Assembly: GCA_013375475.1 (NCBI GenBank)
Contig: JABXKD010000074.1
Coordinates: 1-17,264 of the forward strand
DNA from: Promethearchaeota archaeon
Lineage (GTDB): Archaea; Asgardarchaeota; Lokiarchaeia; Sigyniarchaeales; SOKP01
Direction of reading: 5' to 3'
DNA length: 17,264 nt
Part shown: positions 7,763 to 15,621 of the stretch, piece by piece
Layout: each line of letters opens with the position of its first letter
How positions within the stretch are numbered: the stretch's first letter is position 1
Notes under the pieces: generated by a model
Seen by the model: the letters and a program-made list of their open reading frames with translations, nothing else
The model's database searches: none
What the model was told of the DNA's origin: nothing
Translations under genes and position numbers: made by a program

Positions 7763-8308
7763 TTATTTTCTTATTAGCACTCCTATTTTTCCCCCGATTT
7801 TTTGCCTTGATTTACCTTCAGCAACATCGAACACATTCTCGTCAATAAGATCGTAAATTGAGTGCTTTAAAGTAATTAACGGAATTTTTTGAATTTCATT
7901 TATGTCTATTAACTCATCTATTGTAATCGATTCTCCCGGAGAGATAATAGATTTAATAAATTTCTTAATTTCAGCCAGGTCAGTTGTAACGGTTAAAATA
8001 TCGTGGTCGTTTTCTTTCAAAAGAGAGATTTTCGATACTTTAATTTCTGACATTAAGAATTTTACTTGTTCTTCAAGAAGTTTAACTCTACCTTTCAACT
8101 CTGAAATTTGGTCTTTACTCGTCTTTTTAGGAAGGGATTTTTGCTCGTAATACTTTTGGATGAGTTGATTAAGTCGGAGTTCTTCAATGCCAGCACTCTT
8201 AATATTTACAATTTTGTCCTCTTTTTTATCTTTTTTGTTAGGTTTGATTCCGATTTCCTTTGCTAATTTGTCCAATAAAGAAACGGTTAGATCGTTCAAA
8301 CTCACCAT
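7763..8308 (-). CDS. Hypothetical protein: Rho-N/HEH-like N-terminus, coiled coil, winged-helix-like C-terminus
   Basis: LNDLTVSLLDKLAKEIGIK...K..K....I; heptads ISELKGRVKLLEEQVKFL; ESITIDEL...LKHSIYDLIDEN. Confidence 0.7.
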   Translation of the reverse strand: MVSLNDLTVSLLDKLAKEIGIKPNKKDKKEDKIVNIKSAGIEELRLNQLIQKYYEQKSLPKKTSKDQISELKGRVKLLEEQVKFLMSEIKVSKISLLKENDHDILTVTTDLAEIKKFIKSIISPGESITIDELIDINEIQKIPLITLKHSIYDLIDENVFDVAEGKSRQKIGGKIGVLIRK

Positions 8309-8576
8309 AAGAACTCATCCACTAAGGTTTTGTAACAGTTTTATATTCGGAGTTTAGGGTGTTATTATTTTAAATCAAAACTTATATATAACTTTTTAAT
8401 CTCAACTTGACAATTTTATTTCTTAAATTAAAAAAATTGTAAAAATATCAATAAAAACCTATTTCTCTTAATTTCTTGTATTCAATTTTACTAAGATTTA
8501 TTATTAATGTTTGTTACATCAAAGGTGATGAGTACAGATATAGTAATGTACTCTAAATGTTTCAAAGGTTTTTTCG

Positions 8577-8828
8577 ATGGTTAAAGGAACAGTAAAGTGG
8601 TTTGATAGCCGAAAAGGCTATGGATTTATTACTCGAGAGGATGGTTCTGGTGATATTTTCGTTCACTTCTCTGCGATTAAGGGAGAGGATGATGATTTTA
8701 AAATCATCTACGAAGGGGATATTGTAGAATTTGAAGTTACCGATGGCGACAAAGGCCCGCAAGCAACAGATTTAACGGTTGTAGAAAAAGGACCGCGTCA
8801 GAGTTTTAGATCAGATAGACGTTATTAA
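8577..8828 (+). CDS. cspA: Cold-shock domain protein
   Basis: GTVKWF, RNP1 KGYGFI, RNP2 [15 protein letters not shown] and KGPQA. Confidence 0.97.
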   Translation: MVKGTVKWFDSRKGYGFITREDGSGDIFVHFSAIKGEDDDFKIIYEGDIVEFEVTDGDKGPQATDLTVVEKGPRQSFRSDRRY

Positions 8829-8919
8829 AAATTAATGTAATAGTTAATTTAGAACGCGTAAAAAAGTAAGAAATATTTAAGGAAAGTCAGAAAAATAGAA
8901 ACGATTAAGCTGCTCATGG

Positions 8920-8967
8920 GAGGAGAATTTTACTTTTTATTAGTTCTTGATTTTTCCTCTTTTTTTT
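8920..8967 (+). terminator. Putative hairpin + oligo-T terminator downstream of csp
   Basis: GAGGAGAA (8920-8927) pairs with TTTTCCTC (8952-8959) with one G-U, directly followed by T8 (8960-8967). Confidence 0.5.
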
Positions 8968-8984
8968 ATTATCTTTTTTAAAAC

Positions 8985-10067
8985 ATGATTAGAATGGAAA
9001 ATTATAAATTACTAAAGTTTTATTATGAACGTGAAATGGTAGTCCTTTTCGAGTCGTATGGTAATTTTACTTCTGGTCAAACATCATACAGGGCGTTAAT
9101 TTCGAGAAAGTCCAGAGGAATGATTACGTTGACTGATAAGGAATTCCGGTTTAAATCCGAAAAAGACAACATTTTATTTCATTTGAGATTGAACGATATC
9201 GAGAATTTCTCGGTAAAGAATCGATTCAAACTTCCGACTATAGAATTGGTTAGCGTCCAAGGAATGAGTTACACCTTTTATCCACACAAAAAGGAGCGAA
9301 GTTCGCTTACTACCTCAAAAAGAGCAACCGAAGATCTATTTAGGGAACTGACGCGTAGTACTTTTAAAAAAGAAAACCCCATTCTATTTGAAACTATAGG
9401 TAGTCTTAAGAATTGCGCCATGGAAGAAGAAGATCTTACATCTGAAGCATTACCTGGAATAATTTTTCTAAACGAGGATTATTTATCGTTTAAACCTTTT
9501 AATGAGAAATCGATAGTGCAAATATCTATATTAAATATTATTAATATCTCAAGTGATATGTCAAAATCAGGTCCTGCTGTAAACATTCAAACTAAAGAGG
9601 GTAAATTTTACTCGTTTACAACACTTAAAAAGCACATCGGGAGATATTCAAAGGAAAAAACTAAAACAGAAAGATTGTTAGAGCTAGTCAATCAAGCAAA
9701 AATATACAAATCTTCAGAACAGACACGTTTAGAAAAAGAGGAAAAAGAAAAAATCAATCGAGTTAAATCGATGATGGAAGTCTCAAGTAAAGTAAGGCTT
9801 GATATGATTAAGACAGCATTAGATATGGACGAGAAACTGTTTACTGAAAAGGTTTTCCAATGGGCTAAGCAGTTTAATTTTTTAATAGATGGAGATTATT
9901 TAATTATAAATCAAGATACAGCTACAGATTTCCTCAACGATTTATCTACGGGACCAAGTATCTTATCTCGGAGGGGATTAAAAATGAAATGTAGATTTTG
10001 CGAGAAGTTAATTGAATATGGAGTTAAAATTTGTCCTTTTTGTGGGAAGGAAACGATAAATTCTTAA
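8985..10067 (+). CDS. Tandem PH/GRAM-like repeat, winged-helix (PCI-like), zinc-ribbon protein
   Basis: Two repeats with G.I.L......FK; KVRLDMIKTALDMDE...W...F..IDGD; CRFC-x10-CPFCG. Probable start ATG 9036. Confidence 0.8.
   Translation: MIRMENYKLLKFYYEREMVVLFESYGNFTSGQTSYRALISRKSRGMITLTDKEFRFKSEKDNILFHLRLNDIENFSVKNRFKLPTIELVSVQGMSYTFYPHKKERSSLTTSKRATEDLFRELTRSTFKKENPILFETIGSLKNCAMEEEDLTSEALPGIIFLNEDYLSFKPFNEKSIVQISILNIINISSDMSKSGPAVNIQTKEGKFYSFTTLKKHIGRYSKEKTKTERLLELVNQAKIYKSSEQTRLEKEEKEKINRVKSMMEVSSKVRLDMIKTALDMDEKLFTEKVFQWAKQFNFLIDGDYLIINQDTATDFLNDLSTGPSILSRRGLKMKCRFCEKLIEYGVKICPFCGKETINS
9039..9716 (+). repeat. Intragenic tandem duplication, 113-codon period
   Basis: LFE21/134, G45/158, FK56/169, P84/197, G93/206, Y.F96/209, KK102/215 and TE115/228 are all offset by exactly 113 aa. 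Confidence 0.8.
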
Positions 10068-10103
10068 AAATTGAAAAGGAATAAAAATAGTTTTTAAATT
10101 AAT

Positions 10104-11471
10104 CTAATCTTTCCATTGTACCAAGCGCCGTTCACCTTCAACAGATCGCAACCTGGAGAGTTCTTGGGAGACTTCTAAAGTTCCAACATATTTTCCATCA
10201 TCGTCATGCATAGCGAAGTATCTGATCATTATAAAAGCTCCCTCTGCTTGAATCCAGAATTCTGCGACTTTTTTTTCTCCTGATTTAAACTTCTCTAAAA
10301 TATCTTCTACAACATCTACACTCTTAGGAGGATGGCATTTTTGAACCTTTCGGCCAATAATTCCCCGGCTTCTTGGAAAAATTCGATCTTCTGCATCGGA
10401 ATAATATGCTACTTCATCGTTTTCATTTACGAAGGTCAAATCTACGGGTAAAGTTTTTAACATGATATTAATTTGATCTATGTTTAACTTCCCTATGTCG
10501 AGATTGAGAGCACCTTCAGCTTTTACACTTTCTTCAGGAAGTGGTTTGTGAAGATCAGCGGAGGTTACTGGTTTCCATTGATTGCCAGGTGTAACTCCGA
10601 ACGCAAAACCTATTTCCTCTTCGCCTTCCCGAACGCTAACCCAATCCGATTCACTGAAGAACTCCAATGTCATGGGAAATAGTATGTGTTCCTCTTTGTA
10701 AATCATATCCTCTATTTTTTGTAAAGCTATTTCAATATCTTCATGTTGAGTTGATTTTAACAAGGGTCTAATTTCATCGTGAACTGCCCACATGACCTGA
10801 GGCGGTCCAGAAATCCCGTGTTTCTCTAAGATGGGAAATAGTTGGTTCTCTTTTCGCTCGTAGTGTGTGGTTAGTTCCCCTAATTTGCGAAATAGTTCTA
10901 TTTTTTCAACCTCTGATGCTGATCTAGTTTGTCGAACTAAGTTTGATATTTCCAAGTTTTCTTGTAGATAGGTATGGATCGGATGCCCGGGGATAGTTTC
11001 ATATTCTTCTTTCATGTCTAAAGAATCTCTGAATAATTCGACATGCAAATCGCTTAATTTCGTAATTTCCTTTGGATCTAAGTGTCCTTCATTTATAAGT
11101 TGCTGCTCCAACTGACCGATTTCATAAGACGTTATGTCTCCAACAGCTTCTTTAAATTGAGTCTTTAATGTTTCAACATCAACACCTTTATGCATGTCAA
11201 GTAATAGCTTTTTCAACATTTCTTTTCGATCTTTCTCGGGAGGTATATCAGCACTAGCTTCAATAGCGCTCTTAATGGTCGAAATAATTCTTTCTAAAGG
11301 AACTTCCAGTATTACTGAAACCATTTCGAGCGTAGCTTTCTTTCCTATCGTTTTTCTTACGATTGGATTTTTGAACCTCTTTGCTTTAGAAGAAAGTTTA
11401 TATAATTCGTCGTAAACTTTGGGATACTTATCAACTAAAGGGAGTATTTTTGTTGAGTTATTTATTTCCAT
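10104..11471 (-). CDS. DUF1858/DUF438 + hemerythrin-like + PAS_10 domain protein
   Basis: EIGQLEQQL, LHVELF, GHPIHTY..EN, HYERKENQLFP, VMWAVHDEIR, KEEHILFP, LPVDLTFV..D, RIFPR, CHPPKS and GTLEVSQ. Confidence 0.92.
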   Translation of the reverse strand: MEINNSTKILPLVDKYPKVYDELYKLSSKAKRFKNPIVRKTIGKKATLEMVSVILEVPLERIISTIKSAIEASADIPPEKDRKEMLKKLLLDMHKGVDVETLKTQFKEAVGDITSYEIGQLEQQLINEGHLDPKEITKLSDLHVELFRDSLDMKEEYETIPGHPIHTYLQENLEISNLVRQTRSASEVEKIELFRKLGELTTHYERKENQLFPILEKHGISGPPQVMWAVHDEIRPLLKSTQHEDIEIALQKIEDMIYKEEHILFPMTLEFFSESDWVSVREGEEEIGFAFGVTPGNQWKPVTSADLHKPLPEESVKAEGALNLDIGKLNIDQINIMLKTLPVDLTFVNENDEVAYYSDAEDRIFPRSRGIIGRKVQKCHPPKSVDVVEDILEKFKSGEKKVAEFWIQAEGAFIMIRYFAMHDDDGKYVGTLEVSQELSRLRSVEGERRLVQWKD

Positions 11472-11693
11472 TTTTGCTCTACTCTTTCTATAATTATTTT
11501 AGGTTGTATTAACGCTATATGCAATTGGCATTTCTATATGAAGATTTTCCTAAAAAATTATAAAAAAGATAAGAAGTTGCTTTGGTATAAATATTTTTTT
11601 TCGAGGATGAATAAACTATATATTTTAATCTAACGTAAGTTTTATTTAGGTTTAGAAATACATTTCTGTAAAAACCACGAGGTATACGAATAC

Positions 11694-12107
11694 ATGATGT
11701 ATAATAATCTAAATAATTTGTCGCCTGAAGACGAAGAGGAACTTCGACAATTAGAAGGACAGATTACAGAACTATTTGCACTACTGGAGAAAAGCGAAAT
11801 TCAAATTAGTCTATTAAAGGATGAAAATTCCCAACTGAAAGCTCAAATCCAGAAATTGCAACAAAAATCAAGACCTAGTCAATATAAAAGTCCTCAAGTA
11901 GAAACGATTAAAGTGCCAAAAGAAGTTATTCCTACTATTATCCCTGCGGATACAAGTCTCAGACAAAATAAACGAAAATGTCCAAATTGTGGAGCTATGG
12001 GATTTTCCATTAAAGAAGTTGATGATAAAACAAAAATAATCTGTTATTCCCCAAGAAGGATTTACATGAAAAAGAGAGTTTGCACAAAGTGCAGGTTTGA
12101 GTTTTAA
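11694..12107 (+). CDS. Coiled-coil + C-terminal zinc-ribbon protein
   Basis: Heptad region LEGQITEL...LKDENSQLKAQIQKL; CPNCG...IKEVDDK...Y..K..CTKC.FEF; GAGGT RBS at 11679-11683. Confidence 0.8.
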   Translation: MMYNNLNNLSPEDEEELRQLEGQITELFALLEKSEIQISLLKDENSQLKAQIQKLQQKSRPSQYKSPQVETIKVPKEVIPTIIPADTSLRQNKRKCPNCGAMGFSIKEVDDKTKIICYSPRRIYMKKRVCTKCRFEF

Positions 12108-12114
12108 TTCCTTT

Positions 12115-12837
12115 CTAATATGAAATTTTATTCTTCCACCAATAGGGATTCGGTATTGAAAGAAATCGGTCTTTATCAAATAGTTCTATTTCGTTTTCAG
12201 TTAAAAGGAATGCAACACCACCCAAGAAAGGAACCCATTCCTGATCAGGAGGTAATCCAAACCACCCGTATCTTAACGCGATTAAAAATATGTCGTGTGT
12301 AATGTGAATATCTATTCCACCTTCTTGAGCGTGTTTTATTCCCCTCCAGATAACATCTGCTGCATTTTGACAATATGTTTGAAATGGGGTTATCTTCTCA
12401 GGAGAATAAAAACCAACTGCCCAGCGATACATAAATTCGAGGGGAGATCCATTTTTAAATAAGTTTAAAAAGAATTTTGGAGCGGTTCCGGCATGAAATA
12501 GCGGAGTTAGAGCTCCTTTTAAGGCTCCCTTTCCTCCAACACTTTCAAATCCTTTTAAAATGTCTTCTGCTGTTTCTTGGCAGCGTTCGACAACACTATG
12601 AAACAATCTTAGTGGCCTCGATATGGGTAACCCTTGACCAAAAATTTTAGCAATTTGATGACCTTGAGGTGTTAACTTTAACTCGTGCAACTTCTCATTT
12701 TCTGTAGGATTATTTCTATGAGAATGTCGCAGCAAGAGAATTATTTTGGATTTATCTGGAAATTTAGTAACAGCTTCTACAATACTGCGTGCCTGTACAG
12801 TCCAATTGGCATTTTCCCAAATGTTTTCCTCATCCAT
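12115..12837 (-). CDS. Histidine phosphatase superfamily protein
   Basis: LLRHS (RHG variant), LTPQG, S..ERCQETA and second His in ITHD. Confidence 0.88.
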   Translation of the reverse strand: MDEENIWENANWTVQARSIVEAVTKFPDKSKIILLLRHSHRNNPTENEKLHELKLTPQGHQIAKIFGQGLPISRPLRLFHSVVERCQETAEDILKGFESVGGKGALKGALTPLFHAGTAPKFFLNLFKNGSPLEFMYRWAVGFYSPEKITPFQTYCQNAADVIWRGIKHAQEGGIDIHITHDIFLIALRYGWFGLPPDQEWVPFLGGVAFLLTENEIELFDKDRFLSIPNPYWWKNKISY

Positions 12838-12958
12838 CTTATAAAAATAAAGGATTCAATACTAAAAAAGTTAATTTAAGCCTAAATTAAAAAATTAGAT
12901 ATATAATAATTTCTTACTTAACATCTAATAAATTTAATAGAATGAGGTTTGGTATACA

Positions 12959-13996
12959 ATGGAAGAAAATCAAATAAATCCTGATATCGTTATCTATGGA
13001 GCTGGAGCGATTGGTGCTTCTATTTGTGGGTGGATAACTCCTGTCTATAGTAATGTTTATTTATTAGCGCGAGGTCAAAACGCTCAAGTCATTAAAACTA
13101 AAGGTTTAATTTTGTATCAAAACTCGCTCGATTATAAAAAAGTAATAAAAGTAAATATTATAGACGATTTAAACGAAAAACCGAATACAGCTGTAGTTAT
13201 AATCGCTGTTAAGAACTATGACCTTGAAGAAGTAGCAAAAGATATCTACTCTAAATTTGGAGATAATCCAATTATAATCGCTTTACAAAATGGGGTTGAG
13301 AATCAAAGAGTTTTACCGAAATATTTTTCGAAGGTTATATACGGTGATATAATGATCTCCGCATGGAGAGATCAACCCGGTGTATTTGGTCATGCAGTTA
13401 AAGGTTATGCTATTATTGGTACTTTAAATAACAATCTTCAAACTGAAATGAATGATATTAAGAATAGTTTTGTTGGTGGTTTCAAATTTAGAATTTCCCA
13501 GAGGATCCAAGATGCAATTCACACTAAATTGGTTTTCAATTTATCAAACTCAATCCTAACATTAATTAATCACACCGAAATAGATAAAGACTCGGTTCCA
13601 AAATTGGGTCATATTTACTATAGAACTCTAGTTGAGGGAATTAATATTTTAGAAATAGCCGGTTTCAAGGAACATAGATTACCCGGATTAGTTCCCTGGA
13701 GCGTATTGAAAAAAGTCGCCAAGGAATCAGACGAAACATCAGGAACGATGGTTCTGAATCAGATAAAGGGTGTTGGTCCAAATAGTATGACTCAAGATAT
13801 CATCATTCGCCAAAAAACTCAATCCGAACTTGAACATTTAAATGGATATCTCATCAGTCTTGCGAAAAAGCTAGGAATTTCGGCTCCCTATAGTAGCACA
13901 ATAAATGAACTTTGTAAATCTCAATTCCAAAAAAAGCCTTTTAAACAATTAGAAGCAGAAGACGTATGGCAAGTTATCCAAGAAAAATTAAAATGA
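12959..13996 (+). CDS. panE: Ketopantoate reductase (PanE/ApbA) family oxidoreductase
   Basis: GAGAIG, ARG, AVK, LQNG, catalytic KLVFN, SMTQD and SELEHLNG; GAGGT RBS upstream. Actual substrate uncertain. Confidence 0.85.
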   Translation: MEENQINPDIVIYGAGAIGASICGWITPVYSNVYLLARGQNAQVIKTKGLILYQNSLDYKKVIKVNIIDDLNEKPNTAVVIIAVKNYDLEEVAKDIYSKFGDNPIIIALQNGVENQRVLPKYFSKVIYGDIMISAWRDQPGVFGHAVKGYAIIGTLNNNLQTEMNDIKNSFVGGFKFRISQRIQDAIHTKLVFNLSNSILTLINHTEIDKDSVPKLGHIYYRTLVEGINILEIAGFKEHRLPGLVPWSVLKKVAKESDETSGTMVLNQIKGVGPNSMTQDIIIRQKTQSELEHLNGYLISLAKKLGISAPYSSTINELCKSQFQKKPFKQLEAEDVWQVIQEKLK

Positions 13997-14017
13997 TATT
14001 GAGATAGGATATCAAGA

Positions 14018-14093
14018 ATAAAAAAAAATAAAAAGAAATAGAAAAAAAAATTAGATGATTTTAGAGAATACTTTTTAGAATGCTTTTTTTTTT
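14018..14093. terminator. Bidirectional oligo-T terminator region between convergent genes
   Basis: A-runs at about 14018-14050 (T-runs on -) and a T10 run at 14084-14093 on +. Similar tracts follow other genes (1440-1447, 6015-6029, 14329-14343, 16821-16829). Confidence 0.5.
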
Positions 14094-14289
14094 AAGTCTC
14101 CTCGGAATGGAATAAGTTTATATCAAAAAATAATAATATTCCACCTGTAACCCCTACAATTGCGAGAAGCCAAAATGTAAGAGGAGCATAAAAGCAACTA
14201 ATAAATGGATAAACCACAATTAGATTTAAAAGAATAAATACTAATCCTACTACAATTAGAATTATACCATACAATTTTTTTCGTTCCAA
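14092..14289 (-). CDS. Small 2-TM membrane protein
   Basis: Basic N-terminus MERKK followed by two TM helices; TTG start with GGATGTGA upstream; co-oriented downstream of 14360-15214. Confidence 0.6.
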   Translation of the reverse strand: MERKKLYGIILIVVGLVFILLNLIVVYPFISCFYAPLTFWLLAIVGVTGGILLFFDINLFHSEET

Positions 14290-14359
14290 TTTTTTTCACA
14301 TCCAAAGCTATTTTTATTCATTAATATCAAAAAAGAAAAAAAAATGAAAATAAATTTGC

Positions 14360-15214
14360 TCACTTTGTATTACCCGTGAGTTTATTCCACATTTTGGAAG
14401 ACAGGATGAAGATCCCAACCAAAAGGCTAACAACTGGACCCAAGATAAACATGGAGAAACTAAAGCTCGCACCTTCAAAGAACATGGAATAGAAGGCTAA
14501 AGGAAAACCTGCCGAAATTGCCAAGAATGCACCAGCCAATCCAGCAATTCGCACTTTTTCTTTATTTCTGGCTAGGAAAATTCCTATTGTTGTAATTCCA
14601 AAAAGTATGGATGCAATCATGTTCGTTGGCATAGTGAGCATATACATACTGGCCGGAGCATAATTGTCAATCAGTGGATTAATTTCTGGTAATCTATTTG
14701 ACATTCTGGTAGTTGCTGCAATTCCGTTTATGAAATTCAGAATGAATGCCATGCCAAGTGCCAAACCAAACCATGCTTTCTTTCCCCTTTCGTGGCCTTT
14801 TCTCATTACTAGAATGAAGTATACCAATAAATTAGGGAAAAAAATCAGAAACCAAGGACCTGGTACCGCTGCTTTACTTTCCATAGCAGGAATATTTGGC
14901 CAAAAGCTGGAAAAAAGGGTTATAACTACGGCGATTACACCGACGGAATAAGCCCAATCCTTTTTCCCGAAAAAGCCCACACCCGCTGTTAACCATATCA
15001 TTCCTGCCAGAATACCGATAACATTAAAAAGCGGTATGAAAAAGGGAGATACAAGTCTGCACTCTGTGGCGGCGGCGGTTTCGGCAGATACAATATTATC
15101 TAAATGAAGAAAGATAAAGAAATAGGAAAGAAATATTCCTCCTGCACCCAAAATGAGAGAGACTACTCCCATAGCTCCACCCTTTTTTGATCTAATTTTT
15201 GTTTCTTCAGTCAT
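14360..15214 (-). CDS. Uncharacterised ~8-TM membrane protein (paralog of 6043-6867)
   Basis: About 8 hydrophobic helices; motifs shared with 6043-6867. Confidence 0.85.
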   Translation of the reverse strand: MTEETKIRSKKGGAMGVVSLILGAGGIFLSYFFIFLHLDNIVSAETAAATECRLVSPFFIPLFNVIGILAGMIWLTAGVGFFGKKDWAYSVGVIAVVITLFSSFWPNIPAMESKAAVPGPWFLIFFPNLLVYFILVMRKGHERGKKAWFGLALGMAFILNFINGIAATTRMSNRLPEINPLIDNYAPASMYMLTMPTNMIASILFGITTIGIFLARNKEKVRIAGLAGAFLAISAGFPLAFYSMFFEGASFSFSMFILGPVVSLLVGIFILSSKMWNKLTGNTK

Positions 15215-15282
15215 TTTATTCTACCAATTATTTTTTATTTTTGTTTTTGTGATAAAATTTATATTTTATAAATTTATTATAT

Positions 15283-15342
15283 TTTCCAGATATATAAAAG
15301 TTTACTATTTATTTGGAAATCTTGGTTTCCAGATTTGGAAAC
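15283..15342. promoter_or_regulatory. TATA box flanked by four TTTCCA/TGGAAA half-sites
   Basis: TTTCCA 15283-15288, TATATAAAA 15291-15299 (TTTTATATA on -), TGGAAA 15314-15319, and GTTTCCA-gatt-TGGAAAC 15325-15342. Confidence 0.6.
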
Positions 15343-15384
15343 GAGAAATTCTTTAAGATAAAGTAAAAAGGGGTCAGAATTTAA

Positions 15385-15582
15385 ATGTCAGAATCTACTT
15401 TGGATATATTTAATTTCCCATAATTAATTTTTACGCCAATTCTTATTGTATTATTGCTCAGCATGTTTATAAATGTGATCTATAAAAAATTAAAGGCAAC
15501 ATTTATTGTTCTACTATTTATTATAATAGTTTCAACTGCTCATCTTTTAGTTTTATGGTTGGGAATTTTTAGAGAATGTTAG
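15385..15582 (+). pseudogene. Possible small 2-TM protein gene interrupted by in-frame TAA at 15421
   Basis: MSESTLDIFNFP*LIFTPILIVLLLSMFINVIYKKLKATFIVLLFIIIVSTAHLLVLWLGIFREC*; GGGGT 10 nt upstream of the ATG. Confidence 0.35.
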
Positions 15583-15621
15583 AACTTTCCTTCAGCCAAA
15601 TTATTCATGTAGGATTTTTAT

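Noticed and set aside
8915-8960. Hairpin considered as a SECIS element
   Set aside because: No upstream in-frame TGA gene and no clear AUGA/GA quartet; it fits a terminator better.
8849-8981. Tiny ORFs MSSLIVSIFLTFLKYFLLFYAF (-) and MGGEFYFLLVLDFSSFFYYLF (+)
   Set aside because: Low-complexity products of A/T-skewed intergenic DNA with no supporting RBS or motif.
11519-11676. ATGC-aattg-GCAT and AGAAAT-ac-ATTTCT palindromes in the divergent gap
   Set aside because: Short arms and no second copy seen in the window.
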